Shown: positions 42,026-52,096 of the stretch, piece by piece
Position numbering within the stretch: the first letter of the stretch is position 1
Layout of the letters: the number at the start of each line of letters is the position of its first letter
NCBI GenBank assembly: GCA_003211835.1
Contig: QCRN01000001.1
Coordinates: forward strand, 3,134 to 67,133
Length of the DNA: 64,000 bases
Origin: Pelagibacteraceae bacterium AG-461-B04
Lineage (GTDB): Bacteria > Pseudomonadota > Alphaproteobacteria > Pelagibacterales > AG-422-B15
Reading direction: 5' to 3'
Program-made: the position numbers and the translations under genes
The notes under the pieces: generated by a model
Told to the model about the DNA's origin: nothing
Seen by the model: the letters and a program-made list of their open reading frames with translations, nothing else
Databases searched by the model: none

Positions 42026-43243
42026 TTATATTTTATCTAGATTAAATACACTGTGTAGCGCGTTTACAGCTGCCTCTGTTTTATTTCTATCAATTAAGAC
42101 ACTAATTTTAATTTCTGAAGTAGATATGACCTCAATATTAATATTATTATCAGAGAGACACTCAAACATTTTCGCTGCTATTCCAGGCTGATTTCTCATA
42201 CCTGAACCAATTATTGAAACTTTTGATAAGTTTTGCTCATCCAATACTTTTGAAAAAACTATTCTTTCTTTAAGTTCCTCAAGTACGCCAAGTGACTTCT
42301 TTAAATCAGTCATTGGAACTGTGAACGTTATATTAGTCATTTTTCTCTCAATAAAATTATTTTGAACAATCATATCAACATTTACTGATGAACTGGCCAA
42401 TTCTTTGAATATTTCTGCTGCAACTCCAGGCTTATCCTCAACATCAATAATAGTTATTTTTGCCTCATCTTTAGAGTAAGCAACGCCCGTAACTGCGCGA
42501 GTTTCATTCAATACATCATTTGAAATTTGTGTGCCTTCATCAGAAGGATTGAATGTTGATCTTACGTTAACATTCACATCATGATTCATTGCAGACTCAA
42601 CAGATGAAGTCTGAAGGACTTTCGCGCCTTGAGATGCCATTTCGATCATCTCTTCATAAGAAATTTTATCAAGTCTTCTGACTTTTTCTGTCATTTTAGG
42701 ATCTGAAGTATAAACACCATCAACATCAGTATAGATATCACACCTTTCCGCAGTAACTGCCGCAGCTAAAAAGACCGCTGTATTGTCTGATCCACCTCGG
42801 CCAATAGTTGTTATTCTTCCTTCTGAAGATATTCCTTGAAATCCTGCAACCACTGCAACTTTTTTCTCTTTGAAATCGTTGACAATGCCATTCGGAACTA
42901 TTTTATCAATAAAGGCATTTCGATGCTGGCCTCTAGTAATAATGGGTATTTGCCATCCTAACCATGACCTTGCTGGTACGTTAAGTTTTTTTAGTGCTAA
43001 GGACATAAGGCCGGAAGTAATTTGCTCACCAGACGAGACAACAAGGTCATATTCACTATCATCATTAAAATCGATACTGTTGACATGATCGATTAAATTA
43101 TTTGTAGTTCCAGACATAGCTGATACAACTACGATAATGTTATTGTTTTTATCGTATTCAGATTTAACAATTTTTGCAGCAGACTCTATTAATTTTGTAG
43201 TAGCAACAGAGGTACCGCCGAATTTTAAAACAAGTGTGGACAT
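42026..43243 (-). CDS. lysC: aspartate kinase
   Basis: 'VLKFGGTSV', 'VVSAMSGTTN', 'GRGGSDNTA', and tandem ACT domains at the C-terminus. Confidence 0.93.
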   Translation of the reverse strand: MSTLVLKFGGTSVATTKLIESAAKIVKSEYDKNNNIIVVVSAMSGTTNNLIDHVNSIDFNDDSEYDLVVSSGEQITSGLMSLALKKLNVPARSWLGWQIPIITRGQHRNAFIDKIVPNGIVNDFKEKKVAVVAGFQGISSEGRITTIGRGGSDNTAVFLAAAVTAERCDIYTDVDGVYTSDPKMTEKVRRLDKISYEEMIEMASQGAKVLQTSSVESAMNHDVNVNVRSTFNPSDEGTQISNDVLNETRAVTGVAYSKDEAKITIIDVEDKPGVAAEIFKELASSSVNVDMIVQNNFIERKMTNITFTVPMTDLKKSLGVLEELKERIVFSKVLDEQNLSKVSIIGSGMRNQPGIAAKMFECLSDNNINIEVISTSEIKISVLIDRNKTEAAVNALHSVFNLDKI

Positions 43244-43348
43244 TTTCTATATCGTAACTAAATAGTTTATCGTGATATTTTAAAGAATTAAAAATAAGAA
43301 GTACTGTATAACCTCAGTTAAATCAAGTACTACTTAAGACATTGTATT

Positions 43349-44080
43349 ATGGATATAAATTCAATTGATAAGAATGAAATTGAGAAATTCAGAAATCTTT
43401 CAAAAGAGTGGTGGAAGCACGATGGCAAATTCAAAACTTTACACAAATTTAACCCTGTTCGTCTCTCTTACATAATTCAAACTATAAAAGATCATTTTGC
43501 TATAAACTCCGAAAACAATAAGCCACTTAAAGGTTTATCAATTTTGGATATAGGTTGCGGCGGCGGATTAATGTGCGAACCATTAGCCAGACTAGGTGCC
43601 AAAGTAACTGGAATAGACGCATTAGAAAAAAACTGTCTTACAGCAAAAATTCATGCTGAAGAAAATGGACTAGACATTAATTATATTATGAGTACCGTTG
43701 AGGAGCTGCCCAAAACAAATCAATATGATGTAATATTAAATTTAGAAGTTATTGAACATGTCAATAATCCGAGAGAGTTTATTAATCAAAGTTGCAATCT
43801 GGTAAACAATAATGGATTGATGTTTATTGCAACGATTAATAAAACATTATTTTCTCTGGTGTTTGCTAAATTTACAGCTGAATATATATTAGGATTTCTT
43901 CCAAAGGGCACTCATAATTGGAATAAGTTCTTAACACCAGAGGAAATTTATTCTTTCCTTATTCAAAACAAATTTGATGTTATTGGAAGTGCGGGAGTTA
44001 ATTATAATCCTTTAGGCGATACATGGTACAAGTCTCAAAATATGAACGCTAATTATATGGTAGCTGGTAAAAAAATTTAA
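43349..44080 (+). CDS. ubiG: ubiquinone biosynthesis O-methyltransferase
   Basis: 'FRNLSKEWW...GKFKTLHKFNPVRL', 'ILDIGCGGGLMCEPLARLGAKVTGID', 'EVIEHV'. Confidence 0.88.
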   Translation: MDINSIDKNEIEKFRNLSKEWWKHDGKFKTLHKFNPVRLSYIIQTIKDHFAINSENNKPLKGLSILDIGCGGGLMCEPLARLGAKVTGIDALEKNCLTAKIHAEENGLDINYIMSTVEELPKTNQYDVILNLEVIEHVNNPREFINQSCNLVNNNGLMFIATINKTLFSLVFAKFTAEYILGFLPKGTHNWNKFLTPEEIYSFLIQNKFDVIGSAGVNYNPLGDTWYKSQNMNANYMVAGKKI

Positions 44081-44493
44081 TTCTCCTCTTCAACCCAAGG
44101 TATTTCTGCGACTTCAATACCCTCATCATTTAGCTCTACAACATCTTCTTTAGTGGCCTTGCCGTAAATAGGTTTTTTGTCTTTCTTACCATAGTGTATT
44201 TTCCTTGCTTCATAAGCAAAATTATCACCTACATAATCGCAATTTTTTTCAATGAATTTTTTTACATCCTTAATTTTATTTTTTAATTCTCGTAGAACCT
44301 TTTCTGACGATTTATCCTTACCCTTATTGACAGATACATTCGGCTTAGAAAGTGTTTTTTCTATATTAGAGGAATTGCAAATTACACACTCAACTAATTT
44401 TTGTTTAATCTGAGTATCACAAGATTTAGAGTTAGAGAACCACCCTTCAAATTCAGAAGAACAATCTTTGCACATTAAATTAAATACGATCAT
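44077..44493 (-). CDS. DUF1178-family zinc-ribbon protein
   Basis: 'MIVFNLMCKDCSSEFEGWF' and 'CVIC'. Conserved alphaproteobacterial neighbour of the C-N hydrolase and grx genes. Confidence 0.65.
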   Translation of the reverse strand: MIVFNLMCKDCSSEFEGWFSNSKSCDTQIKQKLVECVICNSSNIEKTLSKPNVSVNKGKDKSSEKVLRELKNKIKDVKKFIEKNCDYVGDNFAYEARKIHYGKKDKKPIYGKATKEDVVELNDEGIEVAEIPWVEEEN

Positions 44494-45334
44494 GTATAAT
44501 ATATTGTTGCGAAATAGTTCTTTTCAATAGTTTTGATTGGTAACTTGGCATATTTTTTCTAATATTATCAACTTCATCCATATTAATTTTACAGGTTATT
44601 AATCCAGTTCCACTCATTTTTTCTTTTAAGATTTTGCCATATGGCGAGACTATGAGGCTATGACCATATGTTTTTCTTTTAGGAGTATTTTGACCACATT
44701 GAGCAGGTGCAAATACATAACATCCGCTTTCAATAGCTCGTGCTTTTAATAATGTGTGCCAATGAGCTTTTCCAGTAGTAACCGTAAATGCAGAAGGAAT
44801 TGAAATTATTTTAGCGCCTCCAGCAACTTGACTTCTATACAATTCTGGAAACCTCATATCATAGCAAATTGAAAGCCCCACTTTGCCCCACGGTGTCTGA
44901 CCAATCTTTACTTTTTTCCCAGCAGTAAAAATAGAAGACTCCTTATAAAATTCTTTAGAGGAGATGATGGCATCAAACATATGAATTTTGTCATATTTTG
45001 AAATTATTACACCTTTATTGCTGATTAAGTAAGATCGATTGAAAAGATTATTATTATTATCTTTAATAATGATAGATCCTAAAATAATCCAAACAGAATT
45101 ATTCTTAGCAAATTCTTTTACCATATATAAACATGGGTCTTTTTTTTCAGAATAAGTTTCTTTAACTAAATGCTCACGATTTAAAGAAACGATATTGGTT
45201 ATTTCGGGTGTCAAAATTAAATTTGCATTAAGCTTTACAGCTCTTGTTAAAAATTTGAGTGTTTGATTGAGATTTTTTTTAACTGATTGGCCTGAATTTA
45301 ATTGAAGGCAGGCTACTTTAAATCTGTTACCCAT
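44480..45334 (-). CDS. carbon-nitrogen hydrolase (nitrilase superfamily, omega-amidase-like)
   Basis: E-K-C triad context: 'LILTPEI', 'YDKIHMFD', 'GLSICYDMRFPELY'. Confidence 0.85.
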   Translation of the reverse strand: MGNRFKVACLQLNSGQSVKKNLNQTLKFLTRAVKLNANLILTPEITNIVSLNREHLVKETYSEKKDPCLYMVKEFAKNNSVWIILGSIIIKDNNNNLFNRSYLISNKGVIISKYDKIHMFDAIISSKEFYKESSIFTAGKKVKIGQTPWGKVGLSICYDMRFPELYRSQVAGGAKIISIPSAFTVTTGKAHWHTLLKARAIESGCYVFAPAQCGQNTPKRKTYGHSLIVSPYGKILKEKMSGTGLITCKINMDEVDNIRKNMPSYQSKLLKRTISQQYIIHDRI

Positions 45335-45587
45335 CTAAAATACTGTCAAGCTTGCCGCTTAAATCAAGTTTTTTTAATTCTTGATATCCTCCGATATGTA
45401 AATCTTTATAGAAAATTTGTGGAACAGTTCTACGGCCATTTGATTTTTGGAGCATTTCATTTCTCTTTTCAGTCTCAACCTGAATATTTATTTCCTTAAA
45501 CTGTATTCCTTTTTCATTTAGTAGTTTTTTTGCTAAGTCACAATAACCACAATTATAAGATGAATACATTATCATAACATTTTCCAT
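45327..45587 (-). CDS. grxC: glutaredoxin 3
   Basis: 'CGYC' active site, 'RRTVPQIF', 'IGGY'. Confidence 0.88.
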   Translation of the reverse strand: MENVMIMYSSYNCGYCDLAKKLLNEKGIQFKEINIQVETEKRNEMLQKSNGRRTVPQIFYKDLHIGGYQELKKLDLSGKLDSILDG

Positions 45588-45600
45588 GGCTCTTTTTATA

Positions 45601-45999
45601 TCATACCTTCTTCAATAATTGATTAATAATTTTTATATTAGCAGGCAAAAGTTTAATATTTTTAAGTTCTTTCTTTGAAACCCATCTTAATGTTTCATTA
45701 TCTTTATTTTTAATTTGACCTGACCAGTGTTTAACCTCAAATGTGTACATCATTAACAAGAAAGCTCGATACTGATGCCTAGTGAAAATATAGTTCTTTA
45801 ACTTATTTTTTGCGATATCAATTCCTAATTCCTCTTTCAATTCTCTTATTAAGGCCTCAAAATAATCTTCGAAATTAGACAATTTTCCTCCAGGAAACTC
45901 CCAACAATTTCTGAATGTCTTTTTATTTTTTCGACTCATGATTAGAATTTGGTTTTTTTTATTTCTAATTACTGCTGAAGAGCAAAAAACCAGTTTCAT
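45601..45999 (-). CDS. mutT: NUDIX hydrolase (MutT-like)
   Basis: Nudix box 'GGKLSNFEDYFEALIRELKEELGI'. 4-nt overlap with argJ. Confidence 0.75.
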   Translation of the reverse strand: MKLVFCSSAVIRNKKNQILIMSRKNKKTFRNCWEFPGGKLSNFEDYFEALIRELKEELGIDIAKNKLKNYIFTRHQYRAFLLMMYTFEVKHWSGQIKNKDNETLRWVSKKELKNIKLLPANIKIINQLLKKV

Positions 46000-47231
46000 G
46001 ACTTATATGAAGCATTTATATCTATATATTTGTGCGACAAATCACATGTTAAAATATCAGCGTGTGAATTTCCTATTGCGAGATCAATTTGTATTTCAAC
46101 CTCTTTTTGACTTAAGTACTTCTTAATATCAGAGTTATTTATTTTAGTATTAGCTTTTCCATTCATTGCTACTAAGTAGTTGCCAAAGTAAATCTTTAAT
46201 TTGCTTTGATTGATTTTTTCATATGTTTTGCCAATTGCCATGATAATTCTCCCCCAATTAGCATCTTCTCCATAAATCGCAGTTTTAAAAAGATTTGAAT
46301 TTGCGATAGATCTTGCAATTTTCTCAGCCTGCAAACTATTCTTAGCTTTCTTCACTTTAATTTTGATTAATTTAGTTGCTCCCTCACCATCTCTAACGAT
46401 TTGTTCCGATAAATAGCTAAACACTTTATATAAAGAGATTTTCAAGCTATTTATTCTCTTATCATTTATAGAATTAATTTTATTTTTAAGTTTAATTTTA
46501 TTCGAGCTTGCAAGTATAACTGTATCATTCGTAGACTCATCGCCGTCAACAGAAATTCTGTTGAATGACTTGGTATTAAGTTGTTTTAATAAAGCTTGTA
46601 AAATTTTCTGAGGAATTTCTAAATCAATAAATATAAATCCTAACATAGTTGCCATATTTGGCTCGATCATTCCGGATCCTTTGGTAATTCCCGTAATTGT
46701 TACTACTTTGTTATCAACTTTAGTCTTTGATGAAATAGCTTTTGGAAAAGTATCTGTTGTCATTATGGCTTTTGCTGCATCCATCCAATTGTTATTTTTA
46801 ATTTTATTTTTTCTTATTGCATTTATTATTTTTTGTTCGGGAAATTCTTCTCCTATGACACCCGTAGATGCGAAAAATATTTTTCTTTTTGAAACATTAA
46901 ATATATTTGAAACAAGTTCGCTTATCTTTATTAAAGACTGATAACCTTTCTTTCCTGTAAACGTATTTGCATTTCCGGAATTAATTATTATTGCTTGCAC
47001 CTCTTTTTTTTTAAGTGCTTTTTCATTCCAGTCAAGAGTACAGGATCTCATAGAAGACTGAGTAAACACTTCAGCTATAGAACCTTTTTCTTTAAAAATA
47101 AAAATTGCTACATCGTTTCTAGATTTATCGTAAAGATTGGCACAGTAGGTATAAAGTTCTATGCCTTGAATACTTGAAACCTTGTTTGCCTTTTTTGGTG
47201 CAAGTGGTGATTTTCTGTATTTTTGTCTCAC
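45996..47231 (-). CDS. argJ: bifunctional glutamate N-acetyltransferase / amino-acid acetyltransferase
   Basis: 'INSGNANTFTG', 'KGSGMIEPNMATMLGF' (autoprocessing Thr), 'SVDGDESTNDT', 'GEDANWGRI'. Confidence 0.93.
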   Translation of the reverse strand: MRQKYRKSPLAPKKANKVSSIQGIELYTYCANLYDKSRNDVAIFIFKEKGSIAEVFTQSSMRSCTLDWNEKALKKKEVQAIIINSGNANTFTGKKGYQSLIKISELVSNIFNVSKRKIFFASTGVIGEEFPEQKIINAIRKNKIKNNNWMDAAKAIMTTDTFPKAISSKTKVDNKVVTITGITKGSGMIEPNMATMLGFIFIDLEIPQKILQALLKQLNTKSFNRISVDGDESTNDTVILASSNKIKLKNKINSINDKRINSLKISLYKVFSYLSEQIVRDGEGATKLIKIKVKKAKNSLQAEKIARSIANSNLFKTAIYGEDANWGRIIMAIGKTYEKINQSKLKIYFGNYLVAMNGKANTKINNSDIKKYLSQKEVEIQIDLAIGNSHADILTCDLSHKYIDINASYKS

Positions 47232-47332
47232 TATTATCTCTTTAATTAATAATACTAATTTTAACTTAATTGAAGTTAGTATTTAATGTATAAAAGCTTG
47301 TAATTAAATAGAAAATAACAATATCAACTTAC

Positions 47333-49942
47333 ATGTTTAATCTAAATTCAATAGTAAATTCACTTTTTAGCGGGAATGATAAGAAAAAAATTGGTGAGTT
47401 TTCGAAAATTGCCAAAGATATTGATGCACTTGAACCAGTATTTGAAAAGAAATCTCAAGAGGACTTAATAACTCATATCGAAAAGATTAAATCTAAAATC
47501 AAGGATGGGGCAAGTGTTGACGAATTTATTCTTGAATCTTTTGCCATTGTTCGAGAAGCAGCAAAAAGGACTCTTGGGCAACGGCATTTTAGTGTTCAAT
47601 TAATTGGGGGGATGATACTGCATAACGGTGGTATAGCTGAGATGAAAACAGGTGAGGGTAAAACACTTGTATCTACACTTGCTGCATTTCTTAATTCACT
47701 AACAGATGAAGGCGTGCATATAGTTACCGTAAATGACTATCTTGCTAGAAGAGACTCAGAGTGGATGGGTAATGTATTTAAATATTTAGGACTAACTGTT
47801 GGATGCCTCACAAACGAAGTTACCGGAGTTGAGGAAAGGCAGAAACAATACAACTGTGATATTACGTATGGAACAAACAACGAGTTTGGTTTTGATTATT
47901 TACGGGATAACCTCAGAGTATTGAAAAATAGAATGGTACAGAGATCTCATAATTTCTGTATTGTTGATGAAGTTGATAGTATTCTTATAGATGAGTCGAG
48001 AACACCCTTGGTAATTTCTGGAGCTGTAGAAGATAAAACAACTCTTTATAACTCTGTAAATAAGATTATTCCGTTCCTAGACCCAGAAGATTATGAGATT
48101 GACGAAAAAACAAAAACAGGGACTCTTACAGATAAGGGAAATGATAAGGCAGAAAAAATTTTAAAGGAAAAGAATATTATCACTGAGGGGACACTTTATG
48201 ACGTATCCAATGTTTCAGTAGTTCACCATATTAATCAAGCATTGAGAGCAAATAAACTATTTGAGAAAGACAGAGATTATATTGTTAAATCTGGAAGTGT
48301 AATCATTGTAGATGAATTCACGGGCAGAACAATGGAAGGAAGAAGGTATGGTGATGGCTTGCATCAAGCTATAGAAGCAAAAGAAAATGTAAAAGTACAA
48401 AATGAGAGCCAGACCCTCGCCTCTATAACATATCAAAACTATTTTAGACTTTATAAGAAAATATCAGGGATGACTGGAACTGCTCTTACGGAAGCCGAGG
48501 AATTTGCCGATATATATAATTTACCAGTATTTGCTGTCCCTACAAATACGCCAGTTATTAGAAAAGATAATGAAGATGAAATTTACCGCACCTCTGAAGA
48601 AAAATATGATGCAATTATAAAGCAAGTGATTGAATGCAATAAAAAAAGTCAACCTGTTCTGATCGGGACGACAAGTATTGATAAGTCAGAGAAAATATCA
48701 AAAAAATTAAAAAATGCAAAAATTAATCACGAGGTTCTGAATGCCAAACAACATGAGTCAGAGGCAAAGATTATCGCTAATGCAGGGGAGCCAGGCGCAG
48801 TGACCATAGCCACAAATATGGCTGGAAGAGGAACTGACATTCAATTAGGTGGAAATTTTGAATTTAATAAAAAACAAATCAAAGACGATGGAGATTCTGA
48901 TGAATTAGAGAATAAAATCTCCTTACAGAACAAAAGCGTTATTGAAGCTGGTGGGCTGTATGTGATTGGAAGTGAGAGACATGAAAGTAGAAGAATAGAT
49001 AATCAGCTTAGAGGTAGATCAGGAAGACAGGGGGATCCAGGTGAAACTAAATTTTTTATTAGTTTAGAAGATGATTTGATGAGAATTTTTGGCTCTGAAA
49101 GAATTGATAGTGTTCTAAAAAGTCTAGGTCTTAAAGAAGGAGAGTCAATCCAACATGCATGGATATCAAAAGCACTAGAAAGAGCCCAAAAAAAAGTTGA
49201 GGGTCGTAATTTTGACATTAGAAAAACATTATTGAAATTTGATGATGTTTTAAACGATCAAAGAAAAACAATATTTGATCAAAGACTGGAATTGATGAAT
49301 GCTGAAAATATTTCAGAAATTGCAAAAGACATGCAATACGATGTTGCTGATGATATTATTAATCAATATGCACCTGAAAAAGCCTATATAGATCAATGGG
49401 ATTTCGATGAATTAAGCAAGGAGATTTCTCAGCATTTTTCTCAGGATTTTAATCTTAAGAAAATAATAGAAGAGGATGAAATTGATCATCAGGGCTTAAA
49501 AGATAAAGTTTACAAAATCATTGATGATAATTCAATCGCCAGAGCTCAAAATCATTCTAAGGAAAAAATTAATACTGCAGAAAAAATGGTTCTTCTTAAA
49601 ATCCTAGACGATAAATGGAAAGATCATATAAATAACTTAGAGCAATTACGATCAACAATTGGTCTTAGAGGATATGGGCAAAGAGATCCTCTTAATGAAT
49701 ATAAGAATGAGGCTTTTAGTTTATTTGAAGGACTAATCAATAATCTTAAAACAGACGTGACGAAAATTTTCTCTCGAATGCGAATACGTGAGAATACCAA
49801 TCTCAACATTGATAATGATAATGAAGAAGTTGAACAATCATCAAATGGACCTGTCAAAAAAGATAAAAAAATATCAAGAAACTCTCCTTGTCCATGCGGA
49901 TCTGGAAAAAAATATAAACACTGTCACGGAAATATTAGCTAA
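47333..49942 (+). CDS. secA: preprotein translocase ATPase SecA
   Basis: 'MKTGEGKTLV', 'DEVDSILIDESRTPLIISG'-like block, 'TNMAGRGTDI', and the C-terminal zinc motif 'CPCGSGKKYKHCHG'. Confidence 0.97.
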   Translation: MFNLNSIVNSLFSGNDKKKIGEFSKIAKDIDALEPVFEKKSQEDLITHIEKIKSKIKDGASVDEFILESFAIVREAAKRTLGQRHFSVQLIGGMILHNGGIAEMKTGEGKTLVSTLAAFLNSLTDEGVHIVTVNDYLARRDSEWMGNVFKYLGLTVGCLTNEVTGVEERQKQYNCDITYGTNNEFGFDYLRDNLRVLKNRMVQRSHNFCIVDEVDSILIDESRTPLVISGAVEDKTTLYNSVNKIIPFLDPEDYEIDEKTKTGTLTDKGNDKAEKILKEKNIITEGTLYDVSNVSVVHHINQALRANKLFEKDRDYIVKSGSVIIVDEFTGRTMEGRRYGDGLHQAIEAKENVKVQNESQTLASITYQNYFRLYKKISGMTGTALTEAEEFADIYNLPVFAVPTNTPVIRKDNEDEIYRTSEEKYDAIIKQVIECNKKSQPVLIGTTSIDKSEKISKKLKNAKINHEVLNAKQHESEAKIIANAGEPGAVTIATNMAGRGTDIQLGGNFEFNKKQIKDDGDSDELENKISLQNKSVIEAGGLYVIGSERHESRRIDNQLRGRSGRQGDPGETKFFISLEDDLMRIFGSERIDSVLKSLGLKEGESIQHAWISKALERAQKKVEGRNFDIRKTLLKFDDVLNDQRKTIFDQRLELMNAENISEIAKDMQYDVADDIINQYAPEKAYIDQWDFDELSKEISQHFSQDFNLKKIIEEDEIDHQGLKDKVYKIIDDNSIARAQNHSKEKINTAEKMVLLKILDDKWKDHINNLEQLRSTIGLRGYGQRDPLNEYKNEAFSLFEGLINNLKTDVTKIFSRMRIRENTNLNIDNDNEEVEQSSNGPVKKDKKISRNSPCPCGSGKKYKHCHGNIS

Positions 49943-51047
49943 ATAAGTAGTAAGCTAATCCTACCGAAAAAATAGTAATTGCAAAAGCAGCAATTGCTCT
50001 GAAAAAAGTGCTATTTTTGAATTTTTTCCTGTCACTTGCCTTTCCATACTTTTCATCAAGCACAGAATTTGCTGTAGTAAGTGTATCGCTAAATAGTCCT
50101 GATCGCCCAATCTGTAAATATCTTTCTTGTCTTGCATGTTTTAAATCATTTCCATGCTGGTTTGATAAAATATTAAGATACTCTTCTATTTGATCTCCGA
50201 CACTGTTCATTGCGCTAATTCGGTTCCTATGGGCTCCGCCTGAAGGTTCCTGAATTATTTTGTCAATCACATCTATTTTCAACATATCATTAGCGGTGAG
50301 TTTAAGTGCTGATGCAGCCTCAACAGTTTTTGAGTTATCCTTCCATAAAATTGAGGAACAGCCTTCAGGTGAGATTACAGAATATATAGAATTTTCAAGC
50401 ATCAAAACGGTATTGCCCGTTCCTATCGCAACCGCACCTCCAGAACCTCCTTCACCTATAATTACCGTTACAATAGGCACTCCTAGTGATAAGCAGCATT
50501 CCGTAGTTTTTGCAATTGCTTCTGACTGTCCTCGTTGTTCTGCTCCCACTCCGGGATAAGCGCCAGGTGTATCCACAAATGAAATAACAGGAATATCAAA
50601 CTCTTCAGCAAGTTTCATTAAACGTTGGGCTTTTCTATAACCTTCAGGTCTTGGCATGCCAAAGTTATGCTCTATACGAGAAGTTGTATCATGTCCCTTT
50701 TCATGACCAATAACCAAAACAGATTTTCCCCTAAATTTTCCAAATCCACCAATAATCGCCTTATCATCTGAAAATGCTCTATCACCTGATAAAGGAAAAA
50801 AATCTTCAATTAAGTGCTCTATGTACTGCTTCGTTTTTGGCCTATCTGGATGCCTGGCAACAAGTGTTCTTTGCCACGGACTTATATTTGAGTATATTTT
50901 TTTATAAGTATTAATAATCTCTAACTCAACTTTAGAGATCTTATCTAGCATATCCTCAGAAGGAGCACTGTCATTCTGACTTTTTAATTCAACTATCTTA
51001 CTATCGAGTACTTCAATTGGTTTTTCAAACTCAAGATAAGTGGTCAT
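49935..51047 (-). CDS. accA: acetyl-CoA carboxylase carboxyltransferase alpha subunit with C-terminal hydrophobic extension
   Basis: 'FGMPRPEGYRKAQRLM', 'DTPGAYPGVGAEQRGQSEAIA', 'GEGGSGGA'. About 50 extra residues relative to the 319-aa E. coli AccA, ending in 'FFRAIAAFAITIFSVGLAYYLFS'. Confidence 0.9.
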   Translation of the reverse strand: MTTYLEFEKPIEVLDSKIVELKSQNDSAPSEDMLDKISKVELEIINTYKKIYSNISPWQRTLVARHPDRPKTKQYIEHLIEDFFPLSGDRAFSDDKAIIGGFGKFRGKSVLVIGHEKGHDTTSRIEHNFGMPRPEGYRKAQRLMKLAEEFDIPVISFVDTPGAYPGVGAEQRGQSEAIAKTTECCLSLGVPIVTVIIGEGGSGGAVAIGTGNTVLMLENSIYSVISPEGCSSILWKDNSKTVEAASALKLTANDMLKIDVIDKIIQEPSGGAHRNRISAMNSVGDQIEEYLNILSNQHGNDLKHARQERYLQIGRSGLFSDTLTTANSVLDEKYGKASDRKKFKNSTFFRAIAAFAITIFSVGLAYYLFS

Positions 51048-51062
51048 TAAATATAAATTATA

Positions 51063-52040
51063 TTAACTTAAAGTTTCGATTAATTTAGTTTGTTCAATGA
51101 TTTGCTCAGCCTGTCTAATGGATGCAGCATCTATAAGTCTACCATTGAGAGTGGCTGCTCCTGCCCCAGATTCTTGAGCTTCTCTCATTGCCTTAATAAT
51201 ATCTTTGGCTTTTTGGACTTCGCTCTCAGGTAACGTAAAAACTTCATTGGCTAGGTCTACTTGACTAGGGTGAATCGCCCATTTACCCTCACATCCAAGT
51301 ATTGCCGTTCTTCTTGCGTGCGATTTAAATCCATCTGGATCTGAAAAATCACCGAAGGGTCCATCAATAATTCTCACACCATGTGCCCTGCCAATAGTTG
51401 TCATTTTAGAAATAGGATAGTGCCACATATCATTCCAGTGAATATTTCTCTCCCCATTAGTTTCGTCTGTTAAAATAGAATAATCTGAATTTGAACCACC
51501 TATATTAGTAGTCCTCATTCTTACAGATGCAGCATAGTCAGCATAACCAAAATGAAGAGACTCAATTCTTTTGCTGCCAGTTAAAATACTGTCTAAGTTG
51601 GTGATGCCCATTGAAATTTCAATAATTAATTCAAAACCAATTTTTTTGTTTCTATTTATTTTGTCTTCTATTTGAGTAACCATCATGTCAATGGCATAAA
51701 CATCAGCTGCAACCCCAACTTTTGGTATCATTATCAAGTCTAGTCGTTCACCACCTTGCTCCATTAAATCAACTACATCGCGGTAACAATAATGAGTATC
51801 GAGACCATTTATTCTGACAGAAATAGTTTTTTTTCCAAAATCAACTTCATTTAAAGCTTTAATAACATTTTCTTTTGCTTGCACTTTATCTTGTGGAGCC
51901 ACCGCGTCCTCTAAATCTAAACAAATAATATCAGCATTACTCTTGCATGCTTTATCAAATAACTCGGGTTTAGAGCCTGGGACAAATAATTGGGAACGAT
52001 TTAGTCTCGTTGGTTTTGTTGGTACAGATGTGAAGCTCAT
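51063..52040 (-). CDS. mcl: L-malyl-CoA/beta-methylmalyl-CoA lyase (HpcH/CitE family)
   Basis: Collinear with Rhodobacter Mcl1 as I remember it: 'MSF....P.R.NR.QLF.PGS.P.LF.K', 'DLEDAVAP.DK', 'SVRINGLDT..YRDVVDL', 'MIPKVG.AADVYA', 'GPFGDFSD.DGF', 'GKWAIHP.QV.LANEVF'. Start set at Met19 of the ORF. Confidence 0.85.
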   Translation of the reverse strand: MSFTSVPTKPTRLNRSQLFVPGSKPELFDKACKSNADIICLDLEDAVAPQDKVQAKENVIKALNEVDFGKKTISVRINGLDTHYCYRDVVDLMEQGGERLDLIMIPKVGVAADVYAIDMMVTQIEDKINRNKKIGFELIIEISMGITNLDSILTGSKRIESLHFGYADYAASVRMRTTNIGGSNSDYSILTDETNGERNIHWNDMWHYPISKMTTIGRAHGVRIIDGPFGDFSDPDGFKSHARRTAILGCEGKWAIHPSQVDLANEVFTLPESEVQKAKDIIKAMREAQESGAGAATLNGRLIDAASIRQAEQIIEQTKLIETLS

Positions 52041-52096
52041 ATCGTTTTTTCTATCACTATAAAATTGTCTTTTCAAGGCCTTCTTCAGATACAAAT

